Below, piece by piece: positions 50,051 to 64,000 of a stretch of 64,000 nt of DNA; the stretch's first letter is position 1; each line of letters opens with the position of its first letter. Under the pieces are notes generated by a model. It made no database searches. It was not told the DNA's origin and saw only the letters and a list, made by a program, of their open reading frames with translations. Source of the stretch: Raillietiella orientalis. Lineage: Eukaryota. A program made the translations under genes and the position numbers. The DNA lies in assembly GCA_036172245.1 (NCBI GenBank), contig JAYWIR010000039.1:930001-994000 (forward strand), read 5' to 3'.

Positions 50051-53000
50051 GAACGAAACCCGGAAAAAAAAATGGAAGGAAAGCAGCGGAAGCAGAAGAA
50101 CTCAAAAGGATTCCTATCTTTGAGGGAGGACTCGCAAATACTGGCAATTCTTCGTCCAAAGCGGATCGAAGAGAACGTTTTGCGTTTTTTCGGAGCTCTT
50201 GGATTCACAGGAAGCAAAAAAGAGAGAAAACAAGAAAGCAGGAAAAACACTCCGTCGATCTCCAAACATCTTTGATGCAACTAGAGGCATCGCTCCTTGA
50301 TCCGCGCGAGGAATTACACCCACCCTGGTGCTTCAGGTGGGATTGCTGTCGACTTTGTTCTCTCGAAGAAGCATCCGGAGCCATCGGAAAAGCTTGGTTC
50401 CTGTCCGCCTCCCAGGGAATGGAGATGGATCCCCAACTCCTGTCTCCGGCAGAACGCGAATCTTGCTGCTTATCCTTTTTGCAGCGGTGGCGGCATAGCC
50501 TGGAACGCAGAAGGCAGAATGGTGTACCGGAGAGCTGATGGCAAGTTCCGGTGTGATGGTCGCTGAAGGCCAACGATCCACGTCTCCGTATGCAGGAACC
50601 GTTTCCCAAGCCGATAGCAGCGACAGAAAGAGGGAAAATGTTTAAACGAGAGGGTAAATGGTGATGCCATCCAGCCTGCCTGCAACCATCACGCGGCAGC
50701 CGGATAGTAACTGATCGCACGATCGGTAGAAGACCAGTGGATCGCCGATGAGAAACAACTAGAATGGAACCTCTTGAATCTTAGAAGATCGCACGAAAGA
50801 ATCCAAACGAACACGGGTGCAAGAACAACGAAGCGTGCAATGGGGTCCGTGATTGAGCTACTTGGAAACCAAAGGTCACATACAGAGACTGCAGGTCGGC
50901 GCAGAATTTAAAATACCTTGCGACAAGGAAGGAAGACCTTTGATTTGCTCTCCAGAAAAATGTACCAAACGCCCAAGAGGCGATTTTTAACGTGACTGAT
51001 GGCGCGTGGTTCGCTGCTACGTGAGGCGGCCAAACTCTTCGGGCACTCGGTGCTCAGGCACGACACGCGGAACTCCAGAGGCAACGAGTCGAACGAATGC
51101 TTTCGGAAACGGCCTTCAAATCGGGAGTGCCATCTAGAACAGTACCGTAATTGCCCAGAAAATAACAAGCATGCACGCAACGAATCGGGCGTGCACATCG
51201 ATTGATATGGCTGCTACAGTGACAGCAGCTGACGATAAGGAAATCTTTCCTTAAGGAAATAGAGATTTTGTTGAGGCATGCTGAAAGCTGAAGGGTGACT
51301 GGGCAGCCCTGACGCATAGAAAAATTAGCATGCAGATATTGCAGGGCCAGTGGTGGGTAGCGTCCAGTTTCGTTCGAACTGTGAAATTAGGTGCTTACTG
51401 CAAAGCAGTTGTTTCTAAATTCTGTTTTTCAAGTTGAAACTCTAATTGAATTCTAACCTGACGGATTGTGATGCACCTTCTTTTTTTTTTTTCTTCATTT
51501 CTATCGTACGTACGACCTCGACGAACCTGGTGGATTTTGACAATCATTTTGCTGTAAGAGACGAAGATTCGATAGCGCTGATAGTTGGCGATTTCCAGGA
51601 TGCTTAACTCTGTCCAACGATCTTGTAAAATAGTGCTTTCCAGCTTCCCTATGTGATAGATTACAAACTGAAGGAGAACATCAAGGGTCTTTCCAGGCTT
51701 GTCATGTGGTTCAGCTTCGTGAGAAGGGTTGTTGTCTCTTTCCTCTGCTTGCATTGACTATGAGAATCGCATTCCAGACCGAAAGCACGAATCGGTCTCC
51801 TTGGGAAGATCTTCTTTCGAAAAATGTTGCCTTTGCACGAGCATTCTTTAGAACACAAATATTTGGAGAACGTCGAAAGGATTGTCTTGCCTCGTTCGTA
51901 CCAATGAGAAATGCCTTCTAGACCTATTTTGAGCTTTGCGCTGTAAGAAATTTGACGAACGGCTTTCCGCGATAAGGGATGCCAAGTTCCCAGGAGCAAA
52001 CAAAACGTAATGAATAGGGAAGTCGATGAAAGTAATCGTGGAAAGATTAGAGCGACGAAAATCAACACCGAATGCCGAGATCAGGATTGAAAGTTGACTC
52101 GTGCAAAGGCGCTTCCCAGATTCAAAGCAACAGCCTCTGGTCAAGTGGCGCATGCACAAACGGGATATGAACCCCTATCCTGTTGCCCTGTTGAACTAAG
52201 TTGAAGGAAGAGTCCCAAGTGGTGTGCCCTATTCTCTCCCGCAAGAACCCCGAGAGGGGGGAACTGAATCGAAGGCGCGAAAGAAAGATGAAGATGCTGC
52301 AGTTGCCCCACGGGAACAGCACGATAGCACCAACAGGCGCAAGGATTTGCCTTCCTTTCGGTTTGCCAGGATTCATTATTAGCGATCGGGTGGCGTGCGA
52401 TTCCTGGGGTCACCTGCCTCGTAGAGGCACTGATTCTCGGCCTGTGGAAACCCCGGACGTTTCTTGCAACGGGTAATGAGATAAAGCTACGAAATGAAGT
52501 CGTCGTTGCAGAGGATTGGGCTGGGCTGGGAGCGCTTCCCGGGTCCTTTTCCGATTAAGGAACTCAGTGCTTTTGCTGACAGCGTGGCTATTGGATTTAA
52601 GTAGTTACTCAATCAAAACTCCATCCCCTAAATCCAGTGTTGGGGTTTCCCTGTTGGGAAAGTAATCTCCAATCGGCTCCCTGAGATAACGGCTCATGGA
52701 AGCACGCTTGCGTGTGGACGATGCGAAAAAAACTAACGGGAGAGAGGGAAAATGCTTGCTTGCTGCTGATCTCGCGAATGGTTCGGAAAGCTCCTTACAG
52801 CTTCCACACCCATGCGTAGACTTGTTTTTGTCTCACGATTGATATTTCGCTGCTGTTGCACCACATGAATGCAGATACGATAAACAGTAGTTGTTTTTTT
52901 TTATTGATCTTGGGGAAAGCCGCCATTCTTAGCTAAATGCGGGTTTTAATTTTGTGCTCCTCCAGCTGTGATTTCTTATGCACAGCACATCCAGCTCAGG

Positions 53001-56000
53001 AATTCTTTTTCGATTATCCCTTCCGTAGGGGCTGAGAGATCGCTCCTCTTCACCTGGAGGCACTAGAAAGCGAGAAGGGCAGCGGTATTCAGAAACTGCC
53101 GGGAAAGTTCTTTTTGAAACCTACGCATCGCGTGTGAAGGGAAACGCAGGGGTTGCGAATGCTAAAGAAGCATTGTGGAAGGGGCACAGACGACCCCGAA
53201 GGGCAGACGATGGATTTTCACGTGGCCCGCGTTTCCCCACTTCTTTACGCGAGGAACCCCCCAGTGAAACTGCTGACACGACCGCATCCGACCTCTTCTC
53301 TCGAGAGTCGGCGCAGCTCGGCGAGCCCCGGGGCTGCAGTGGGGGGAGGAGAAGACGCAAGTGGGCAGTTCGCGGCCCCGCTCTGCAGGCGGACCAGGTC
53401 GGCGGAAGTGAGGGAGCCGGAAGCTCTCTCGGGGGGGGGGGGGGGCAGCGGTCTCGGTGCGGTCCTCGCAAAAGCCAAAATGTTCTCCTCATCCTCGCTC
53501 GCCCAGGCACTCTTCCTTCCGAGCGTCTGCCCGGGGCAATGCGGCAGGCGGGGAAAACCGAGTGCTGAGTTCGTCCTTCCCGCGTGCGGACCGTCGAGGC
53601 GCGATAAAAAACTTTCAGCGGAAATCGTTCGTCGGAGGCGACCGCCGCAATGATTGATCCCCCCATCCTCCCGTCCCTCCCCGTCCGTTCCAGCATTTCG
53701 TGAATGCCTCAGTGGGCATTCGGATCGGAAAAGGAAAATTCGGGGATCGATGTCGGGAACGGACGTGGATGGCGTCAGCTAACTCTTCATCCTTCGAGAT
53801 CTATCCCGCCAATTCGGTTCCCTCAATGCCATCCTCATGCGTGCCATTTGTTCTGCTGCAGATTTCTTGCTTCAAAGCGTCAGTGCGCCTTGTTTTATCT
53901 AGGGCTATTTTTAATTCTGAGCTTCGAATGCATTCCCGAGATCACGGCCTCTTTTTCCTTGTTTTTGAGCCAGTTCTCCCGTCATCTTCCGAAGCGAAAG
54001 AAAGGTGCTGCAACGCAAGTAATAAAACGAGTTCCAGTCAGATGCGTGGATAATAAAAGATGCATTCCTCCTTGCAGTAGCGATAACAGCGGCAGGTTAA
54101 TCATATGGTTCCATATGATTTCAGATTGGAAGTAAACAGCGGGAGCAACCTTATAGGTCAAGGGTCAAATGTCTGGAATCATAATTCTTCTCAGGATTCG
54201 CACGTTTTCTTTCTGCAATAAAAACGTGTTCGTTTTAACAACTACGGAAAGTTTTAACGGCTGAACGGCTTCCTGGAGTTCAGAAGCTGCAGAACACAAG
54301 CGAAATGGCACCTCACTAAGCGCCGACGCCCTTTCGTAAGACAGCTACTCCCTTCATTTAGGATTTAGTGTGCTCCATTAGATATTTCCAATTCTGCATC
54401 TGTGAATCGAAAAAAATAAAAATAAAAAAAAAACCGTGTTCGAGTTCAAGACTGATTTGCTTGCAGCCCTCTCTAGCTAAGATTCATGAGAAGAGCGACG
54501 CTATCATGAAGAGGACAAAAAAAAAAAAAAACTCTTCTTAAACCCAACAGGAATGCACGATTCTTCGAAATCGATTGCAGCAAGAGCTAGTGGATGGAAC
54601 AAGAAAGAAAGGAAAAAAAAAAAAAGTCCACCTCTTTCCACAAAGTCAGCAGTCGCGAGTTTTGGGATTCCCTGAGGAGAGGAGACGGCTCAAAATAAGA
54701 GTACTTCGGGAAGCCATCGAGACGCGAACTTGAAAACATAAATGCTGTGCTTCCTTGGGTCAGTTCCGTATCTCAATAAGTAACGGTCATCCGAGCGATC
54801 TTCCTGCATTCCTGACAGGAATACTCGAACTTCCGGAAGCAGATGCTCCAACATCTCTATCGCCCAGAGACCGGGGTTGCCGATTCGAACTGCAGCTTGA
54901 GGAATTTTTTTTTTCCCGTCCGAAATTGAAAATCCGGGAGCAAATTGAAAACTTGCGTGCCTTTCGCTCTGTCGAACGGGAACGAAAGTTTCGTTTCCAG
55001 TGAGCGAAGGCAGGGCATCTCAAGATACTGAACTCTCAGAGCCTGAGCACTGATAAACCGTTGTTAATAAATCAGAGTGAACACATCCAATCCATTGCAT
55101 AAGTGCCGCCTCCCTTTTGACTCGTTGCTAGTGAAGTACTCTTGGGAGTTTCTTCGAGCGTGGAGCAACTACTGGTTTCCTCTTATTGCAAGCCACATGG
55201 CGAGCCAGGAAACCCATCGATCGCATGGACACGGCCCAGCATACGCACCGATGAACTCGGGAACTCTCAAAGAGACCGAGCCGTGCAGCCTCCATTGCTC
55301 GATCCGTCCAACGAGAGCAGCGGTGCAGCCAAATGTAAAGGATGAAAGACTTTGCCAGAACCAAAAAACGTGTTCGGGGCGAAAAATCCCTGAGGTCATA
55401 TCACCGCTTTGGGTATGCCTGCAAGAAACCACCCTTCGCAAGAAAAAAAAAAAAAAAATGCCATCGTGACCTGAAAAGCCATCGTACCACGGCGTCACAA
55501 GGAGCAAATGGACTTCGTTTAGGGAATCGCCCGGACGTCATTCGTTGCGCTCACTTGGAAAAGCGTTCGTTTTCCGAGACAAAACGTGCACAGGCGATCC
55601 ATCCAAAGCATTTGCAGAAAAGAATAGGCTCTAAATCATCCGGAAATGTATCCGCAATGGCATTTTGTAACCAGCAGCATGCGGAACATGAAAGAGAATA
55701 AACGACATTTTTACTCTTAAAACAAAAAGTGACTTCTGTTTGTGGATTTCAGGTAATTGGGGGGAAAACGCGCAAATGTCGGAGGTCAGGGGAAATTATC
55801 GAGAATGTTGACTGAGAAGGAACGTGCGATTACGAAGGAAAATTCTCGACTCTGCATAGGAACGTTAACATACGAGTCCTTGTCTACATGATGTTTGTTT
55901 GATAGTACAAATGGCGTTTCAACATGAGCTGATCGGTAAACTCAGATTTCGTGGTCAAAGGATGGCAGGGGAATTCCCAGTACCACACCTATGCTTCAGC

Positions 56001-57673
56001 AGAGGAACTCTTTCAAAGGGATAACCAATGCTCCTGCAGCTTATCGAAAGAAAAGATGAAAGCCCGAGGGGATGCTTGGCCAAGAACAACGAAAGTGGCA
56101 GCGAATATCCGTGCTGAAATGTTGCTGCCGAAACTTGCAGTTGCAGTGTCATAGGTCCACGATAAAAAAAAAAAAAAGGATAAAAAAATACTTCCCACTC
56201 AATACATAAAAGGCTCGCAGGAACGCTTGCAAATCTGGCTATAGGGAAGGGCACAAATCAATGTGACCCTCCAGTCCTTAACTTTTACACTTTGACTTGC
56301 TTTTTATAACCTGCAGGTGCTTCCCAAGCTGTTTAAACGTTGTGATTGCCAAATGACTTTGGTGACTTTCCATGAGAGTCAGCGAACATTTTGACTGTCG
56401 GCACAGGCTGTCTGTTTTAGCATCGTTCGCTTTCTTTGCATGCCGGACGAATCCCACCTGCCGTAAAATGATGTTTGCTCCCATTTTCGATCCGCTCTGC
56501 ATTCTTTTCGAGACGAAACCTTTGCCGTCGGCGTTTTCGACCAGTCCTTGGAAATTAATCGAAAACGACGCCAACTTGAGGATCTTGAAAATTTACAGTT
56601 CACTGTTCCACACGCTCGGTAGGGAACAGTTTCTGGTAACAGCATGGCAACCATTCCTACTGAACAGAGTCGGTCATCTAAGGCGGCAAATTTTTCTTGC
56701 GTCCGTTTGAAGAGAATGTTGGTGCATTTTCGAGGGAGCACGTGTGTCCCTGCACGCGTTCTTCGTCTGCAAGGGTTAAGTCTTAAGCCTTCATGGCTAC
56801 GAAACCACCTTCACAAATCAGCAGTTGGAAGTTATAATCTTCCGAATCTGTTTTTCCGCATATCAGGGATTTGCTGAAATCAAAAGTGCCAGAGAGGTCG
56901 CCAACGTAACGATCATGCAAGAATGCTCCTCCGTTTTTAGAGACGAAAAAGCGCGCGCACAAAAATATGCAATCTGGCTAGAGCACAGAAGTAGTAGCGT
57001 GCGCTCCGGTGATGATGATGCAAAACGACGCACAGGTCTGTCTGCCTGGATGATGAATTACCTCATCCTGAATGAGAAACTCGCTGCGTTTCCTACTCGA
57101 GGAAACCTGTGACACCTGACTGTAATATCTCTTGCTCCACCAGTACGGAGGAATCGTCACAGCATCAATGTGGTGCAGGAGCTCGAACACGTGAAGGAGT
57201 TCCTGCAGCAAGGCGGTATGAGCGAGTGGGATAAGCACACGGAGTGCACCAAAGTTCCTGAGAAGAGTTGGAAAAATCTGGCGCTTGACGCCAAACTGCA
57301 TACCGAAAATCCGGCGTTTGTTCGGGCATCTAAGATGAGGACATGAGTAGGGAAGTCTGTGGAGCGTGTTTGGATGTTGAGCTCTACAGGGTAACAAAGT
57401 TTCTGACGAGGTCGGCATCCTTCCCCACTCCTAATCCTGACTGTCGGCGAGCAGGGTTTGAGTCAAAGAAAACTGATGGGTTGTTTGGTACTGTGCAATC
57501 TGGAAGCTGAACCAGGGAGGACTTTAGAAACCTACTCGGACAGTATTCGCGAATTTTCAGCATTCTAATGCGGCACTTGAGGGTTTGGAGACACCCGTGA
57601 ACCAGCAGAGGAAGAATCTCAAAAGAAGTTGCTAGGTACCAATTTTTCTAGGAGCTCAGGTTCTCAGCATTCT

Positions 57674-57703
57674 ATGTGTGTGTGTGTGTATGTGTGTGTG
57701 TGT
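57674..57703. repeat. (TG)n microsatellite
   Basis: Interrupted TG dinucleotide run. Confidence 0.85.
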
Positions 57704-59924
57704 TGCAGTCCATGTAGAACTACTGCAGTATCCAACCTTTTCGTGGAGAAGACATGATAAGGCTTCAACGAGACGCTTGCTGATTCTCGTGATCCAACCA
57801 GCACGAAGAAACTGTGCTGCTGGATGAAAGATGCTGATCGCCCACTTCGCAAAGAAAAATACACACCAAGCACAGTCATCACCGCTCATCTCCATCTGAA
57901 ATTCAATCTTGAATTTTAGTACATGTAACTGAGGACACACACATGACGATTCAAACATGGGCTGCTTTGGAACACCCAATTTGTTTATCCTGAAGTATAT
58001 GGGAGGATTCGATTCGATTTAATTGAAACTGATCGTGAGCATATGCGATGTGAATTTTTATTTAATAAGTCACCATTGAAATACATGTGTTTGTATTACA
58101 CTGGTCATGAAACATGGCCTTCATAAGGCTGTCCAGCGCAGTGGCCGTCGAAGCAGCGGACAAGAGTCGAGTAAAAAAACTCGCTTTACATCTTATCGCT
58201 TCATTCTTTCCCCGCGATGGAAGAATAGGTCCCCTATCGAGTCTTCGGGAATCTTGCTGCTACCTACCCCAATCGCGAGACGCCGAGCCGCGCCCTTCAA
58301 CGTCACATGAGGGAAATCCTTCCGGCACATCCACCGCGCATTCCTCGTCGAAGTTTTCCAGCATGGATCGGAGAGAGAATGGAGGATACCGTGAACGTGT
58401 AGGATATTAATGTAAATGTATAATATTCTATGATATGGGCAACTATAAATACTGTAGACCCTTTCATGACGCAGGTTCGTATACGCGACGAAAAAAAAGG
58501 GTGACAGTCATCGTCTAACGCGATAAATCAGCCCCGCACGAAGATCACTTTTTTGTGGTACAGCCTCAGTTGAGCTGTATAGGGGGAAGGAGGGGAGGGG
58601 GAACACGAACGCGTGATTTAAGTAGATTGAAAATTCTGTGTTATCCATTTTCTCATGAATAGAATAGAGCAAGAAGGTCACTTGTCAGCAACGAGAACGC
58701 TAGAAAGGAAACTACGGAATGGTTTCAATCGATTAAATACAAGAGAAACTCTAAGAGCTAATTATTATTTTTTTCACCCTACGATGAATAATAAATAAAA
58801 ACTTTTAATTTTCTGTTCTTATACTAAATATTCTACTGTTGAAGGGTCCAAGACACATTTATATCTCTAATGCATATTCTGATAGGAATAACCCATAAGG
58901 CTTGTATAACGCAGACCATATCCCCTGCTTTACACTGGCCTACCGTATTTGTCCGTGGACAGATGTATGTACGCTACAAATTTTCCTATGTACATCTATG
59001 TGGGCATAAGACATGCTGGTGTTGCATGAACTTCTTATCTCTTTTGCAGCTACGAAACCTAGCAAAATACCTAAGAGGATATCCGCCCTACCGCTCGCCT
59101 CAACTAAGAGTCCACTTTTCGGGGCTACGAAACCACAGAAGGCTCACTCCAAATCCAACGGCCTTTTATGGAGAAATGGAAACCGCTCAGGACACCGCAG
59201 AGGAATACCATGGCGTACCAACGAAGCTTTCTGGAAAAAGTGGGAATACCACAGAAGGTAAGGACGCTGACCTTTTTGTGTATGACCTTTGAAAATAATT
59301 CAGTACATAATTACTACAAGAAAGGAGAAGGAAAGGTGCAGGGGCAGCGAGTTGAGCCACAAGAAAATTTCTTCAGTTCCCAACTTCTGCGGATATTCTG
59401 AGTAAGGACCTTTCTCCGGATCTGCGACGTGACCCCTCTTCTCCAGAGACCCAGTAGGCGAAGCCGGAAGTCCCGTCATCCGAGAAGCGTCTTCATGCTG
59501 CGTCTTGATGAACCAACAGTGCGAGGAAAGTCACGTGCCTCAGCGTCCAGCAGACTCAACAAGCAGCACCCTTTCGGAAGAAACGTAAGAGACTTTTCCG
59601 CCGAGCGGAGGGTCCGCCGAGGACCCTCCGCTCTGCTGCGAGTACAGCGCTCGCATCCACACCCTTCTCCCTCTTCCTCTTCACGAAGTGCCAATCCGTC
59701 GGTTTGCCAGCGCTATCTCTAGGCGGTGCAGACTGAGAGCGCGAATCTCACTTTTTCTGCTGGGACGGATTTTCCTTGGTCTCACTCCCTCCGGAACCTG
59801 TCTTTCTCGCGTGCCCCTCAATTTAACCCAAGTCGCTTCCCTTTCTTGGCCTCTTGTGACTCCCCTTACCAACGGGAAACTCCCTATATGTCCATCTTCG
59901 TTTCCCGATGATTCTCATTCCACC

Positions 59925-61815
59925 CGCGTCGGTGGCTGCGTGGCATCGAGAGTCGCGCGTTCGAATCCCGCCCGGGAAGGATCGACGCTGAGTAAGGGGT
60001 TACGTCTCGGAGTTTCGATTTCCTCCCGCAGGATGGCGCTGGTTGTTGGTCTCGGTTGGCTTCGAGTTAGCTCTCGGCTTCTTTTATAAATAAACGACCC
60101 GGTCATGCCAAGTCGTTTATTTATAAAAAATAAACATATATGTCTGTGGCTGCAAGTTTGATCCTGCCACGTCACTTGTAATTATGAGAAGGAACCTGCC
60201 GAAAACTGGCACAGGCCAGCGGGATTTGCCTCGGCAGCAGAGGGAAAGGTGGAACAGCAAAGAAAGAAAACAAAACAAAACATACAAAAAATTGGGAGGG
60301 TTCGGGAAGGAATCACTGGATGCTGAAGGGCGTCTCCTGCATCCTTTGAAGGATGCCGGCAAGTTCCTGTTTCAAGACTCCTAGATGGGGCCATCTTGAT
60401 GCTATCATCATGAAGAAGACAGCAAAATAGATGGCTTCCCTGTCGTTTTGGCCTCATTTGGCGCTGCTCCATACAGCCACGATCCCGCGTTGGCAGCAAA
60501 ATGCTGGGCTGGGACCGGCGTGAGGACGTCGCGCAGGAAGATGCGCTTTACAGCGTCTCTGGCGTTGCTGCCGGGGATTCCAAGGTAGCGGCACAGCGTC
60601 CCCACAAGGGTCAGAGGGCAACACGGTCCACTAGGAGGTGCGGGAGGGATTCTTGCTCCCCATACCTTGCACAGTTTGGATCCACACACACCCGTGCCCA
60701 CAATTCCGGCTGGCGTTGCACGAGAGACCCCATCTAAGAGTGCAGCAGCATCAATGCCGACCCCTGCCACTTTAAGGGGAGGGTGCGGCCGTTCATGAGC
60801 ACCGGCGGCCACCGCAGGTGCTCCTCCGGAATACCCAGTAACATGCCCTAACGCAAAATTCCACGAGGTCGAGCAATAGGAGTCGCAGCGTTGGTGAGCT
60901 AGCCCGTCGTCCACTCGTCCAGCCCTTTTCTCCTTCCGGATATTCCCACAGTAACCTCCCATCTAGCGATAAGGCTGCTGTCCATGTGTTCTCTAAGGGA
61001 GGGCAGCTCGACGGCGAGGGAGGTTCTGCTTGTCCACGCACTCTTCGCGGGATCTTCCAGGATCTCCCGGAGCCTGCAGTTGTGGTTGCGCATGTAGAGG
61101 AAACGTCGCACCTGTTCTTCCCTTGGCTCCTGGATTCTCAAACGGTTTCCTGCAACCGGGCACCACCGTTTGCGGGGCGGCACGAGATGCATCCGTTGTT
61201 CCTGGCCAGTATGGCCACCTGCCGAAGGTGCAGTCCTCAGTGGATGAGACTGCGTCGAGGGCAAGTCCCGGCCGGGATCGGAAGTTGGACCCTGTGGGTC
61301 CTTCCAAGAGTCAAGGAGCCGGTTCTTTACGGGGCTCCCCTCTGGTTGTGAAAATGGAGCCTTCCTCTTCCTTGAGGGAGAATCCTCCATCGCGTAGCAT
61401 GGAGCTGGTGGATCGATAACTCTCCAGAGTATCAAGAAGCTCATTGCTTCCTTCGGAGAGAGGACCCTTTAGAGAAATCGGGAAGCGTCCCTCCGGGGTT
61501 GTCTTCAGAGGGGTAACAAGGAGCGGTTTCCTTGCGGGTTCCCTTCGGAGAAGAAACGAGGAGTAGACCCCTACGGGGAGAACAAAGGAGAGGTTGTTCC
61601 CTTTGAGGCTTCCTTCGGAGATGACCAGAGAGAGGGTTCTCTTCGGGTTTCTCCTACCAAGCGTAGGAGGAACAAACTCCTTCCTCCGGAGCCTTCCTGA
61701 ATTCATGGGGGTGTTCCCCCTGGGTTTCCCCCTAACTCTTGAAGTCACATGCACCCTCGGGTGGCGTGAAACAGTGCGAAAGAGCTTCGTGAGCTCCTAT
61801 GCGAACGGTTCTTGA
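59925..61815 (+). mobile_element. SINE-like element (about 59925-60075 and 61243-61815) split by an antisense LINE
   Basis: GTTCGAATCCCGCCCGGG head. Body and 3' tail are collinear with 49318-50050 once 60082-61245 is removed. Confidence 0.82.
60082..61245 (-). mobile_element. L1/Tx1-clade retrotransposon, 5'-truncated (~1.16 kb), antisense in the SINE
   Basis: Minus strand LPSLREHMDSS..RWE..WTTG, a frameshifted zinc-finger region (AACTGTGCAAGGTATGGGGAGCAAGAATCCCTCCCGCACCTCC), AAGATGGCCCCATCT (RWPHL), the UTR block, and ATAAATAAACGACTTGGCATGACCGGGT. Confidence 0.85.
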
Positions 61816-64000
61816 GGAACCGTTCGCCACTCTCTAGGCAGTCAGCACGTCCTTACAAAGGTCTGACTTCCTGAGGCCATACCTCCCTCCATTGTCGGTG
61901 TTCGCCCGAGACGTTGAAGACACTCTTCGCTGCCCTTCATAAGCACATGGTCGACCAGCTTCCCCATCCGAATCCGCAATTTTTATTTCCTTTCTTTTAT
62001 TTATTTTTTTTATTTCTTTGCAGCAGTCAATCTGAGGAAACAAAATCTGATCCCAAGGTTCAAGTTAGACAGTGCACTTGTAGGCATGACACAGGAGGGG
62101 GGGGAAGGCGTTGACTGAGAGGGGGACGAATCGATGCGAATCTCCCGCGTGGAGACAAAGTATGCGGTCCCTGCTCGCAGTTCTCCCGTCGCGCTGCCGG
62201 CTTGGTCTCGGTCCAGCTGGAAAGCAAAACCGTCCCTCCGTGAGATTGGCACCCCCACGTGGTTCCCGCTGCGGCCTCGGACAAAAAACGGAGATGCTGG
62301 GCCCAGGACATGCACTTTGAGCTGCGGTTTCCGTCTTGTTTCGTCCTCCAGACCAAACAAACTTGCAGATCACTTCGCTTTCTGCATTTTCAGTTGTCTT
62401 TCCTAGGCCGGCCAAGGATGTAGAGGCAGCACCCACAGTTGGCAGTCCCTGGAGCTCCTTCGTCCATGCACGGGAGGTGAGGAAACTTCGACCTTCAACG
62501 GTCGAAGGGATAGCTATGAAAAATAATACACATCTCTTTGATCCTTTTCCTCTTTTCTTAGGAAGCAAACGTGACAATGTTTGAGGATGGTAAGGAACGA
62601 GTGTCTTCCGCAAAGAGGGATTCCTGCTGAAATTCTGCTATATTCAGATAAAGAAAAGGAAATACAGCATCTGATATCTGAGATCGTTCGAAGTTTCAAT
62701 GGATCTCTTCCAGAGGCGTTAAACAAACGCAAAATCTCGAAACTCTCACAGCGTAGGAAGGGGATTGTGGACGCCTCCCACTCGGATCTACACGGCTTTT
62801 TTGTGTTTTTGTTTTCAAGGTTTAAAAACAGATGCCAGAAACCGTCTCGAGTGTCTTTCGCTGATGCGGTAACTCGCAGATGCCGACATCTAGTAAGACA
62901 AAATTGAAAATGAAATCCCTCTCATACCCTGGGACGGCTTATCCCGACGAATTCTAGAGACAGGGAAGGTGTGACACCACAATGTTGGTGGAGTTGCCAC
63001 ATCACAGCAGATTTGTTCCTTTTGTCCGCATGGATGGAGCCTTTTTCGCCCGGGTTCTCCACTACATTCATTGCAAGAGGTTTTGCTTCTCTGAACTTTC
63101 AAGAGTTCTCCCCTCCAAGATGAAAATGAATAAGGTTATCGCGTGATTCAAGCGATGCACGCTGATTTTGAACGAGTGGATGAATCTGGCGGCAATTGGA
63201 CGTCACGTTCATTAACTATCCTGAGATTCCCATTTCATGTAACCGATTAGGCATGATGTTTGAGATTGTCGAAGCGCTCCCTGGGTAGCGCGAGGAAGAG
63301 GGTTTCAGATCGTCGTGATTCGTTTGGGAGAGGATCAGCCTGTCAGCGTGCAGGACCACAACAGGGTTTAGACGTGACTAGAAGATGAATTTGCTTCCGG
63401 GCTTGATATATCTAGAACGTGCTCGTGAAGACTGATCGTTTGAATGAATGAGATCGGAGGAATCAGCAGCAGTGGTGTCAATGATGCCTTTAGTAAAGGA
63501 CATTCAGGCGCTAAGGATTTGCCTTTTCCAGCATCTGTGCCTTGGATGTGGCACTCCCAGAGACACATAAGGATTCTGTCCCCAGATGGAGTTCTGTGTC
63601 ATCTCTTATTCTCCATTCGACAAGAATCTCCAACTCCAAAATAAGAAACCTTGCAGCATTCTGGAGGGAGAAGGAAAGGTGGCAATGGGAGGGAACCTCG
63701 CAGTTTCCCGATACGACGTTCATCACTTCCGCTCTCTCCCTCCTCTTTTCAATTCCATTCCGACCCTATAAGTTGACGGACAGCATTGGAAACATCTTTG
63801 TGCGAATCTCATGAGTTGGCCTGCAGCTGTTCAGCGTCGAGAGCTGTTCTGGTCGTGGAAATCCTCTCTCCAGCGAAACCGGGTCGACGCTGTCCACTCC
63901 CGTCAGACGTTATGCACTGGAGTCTGGTCTCGACCCCCAGTCTCCAGAGCAAGAGGCCAAGAAGTCCGCCAGCCGCGAAGCCTACAGTGGGTGGGCATAT

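Noticed and set aside
61520..61700. CRISPR-like spaced repeats
   Set aside because: These are degenerate internal sub-repeats of the SINE in a eukaryotic context with no cas genes.

Overview
Eukaryotic (invertebrate animal-like) genomic DNA with very short introns (41-77 bp are common), not prokaryotic. I assembled three spliced host genes by hand: a secreted single-FAS1 (fasciclin) domain protein (18985-22050, +), a complete RABGEF1/Rabex-5 orthologue (26922-28741, +, 7 exons, one GC-AG intron) and a KIF12/Klp54D-like kinesin (motor exons about 37385-44100, +). Two repeat families make up the recognisable mobile DNA. One is a ~720-bp tRNA-headed SINE-like element (7 copies). The other is a set of 5'-truncated, decayed L1/Tx1-clade non-LTR retrotransposons (8 fragments plus one 214-bp derivative) that end in a structured 3' UTR, AATAAA and a terminal hairpin rather than a poly(A) tail. 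The most notable pattern links the two: in two SINE copies 54 kb apart an antisense LINE 3' end sits at the same point of the SINE, one of these copies carries a second LINE, and one LINE is nested in another with a recognisable target-site duplication. A short LysR-like (bacterial-looking) N-terminal fragment lies at about 1.4-1.6 kb. Most GC-rich ORFs in the supplied track look spurious. Repeat boundaries are approximate (about 10-30 bp) and all alignments were done by eye.
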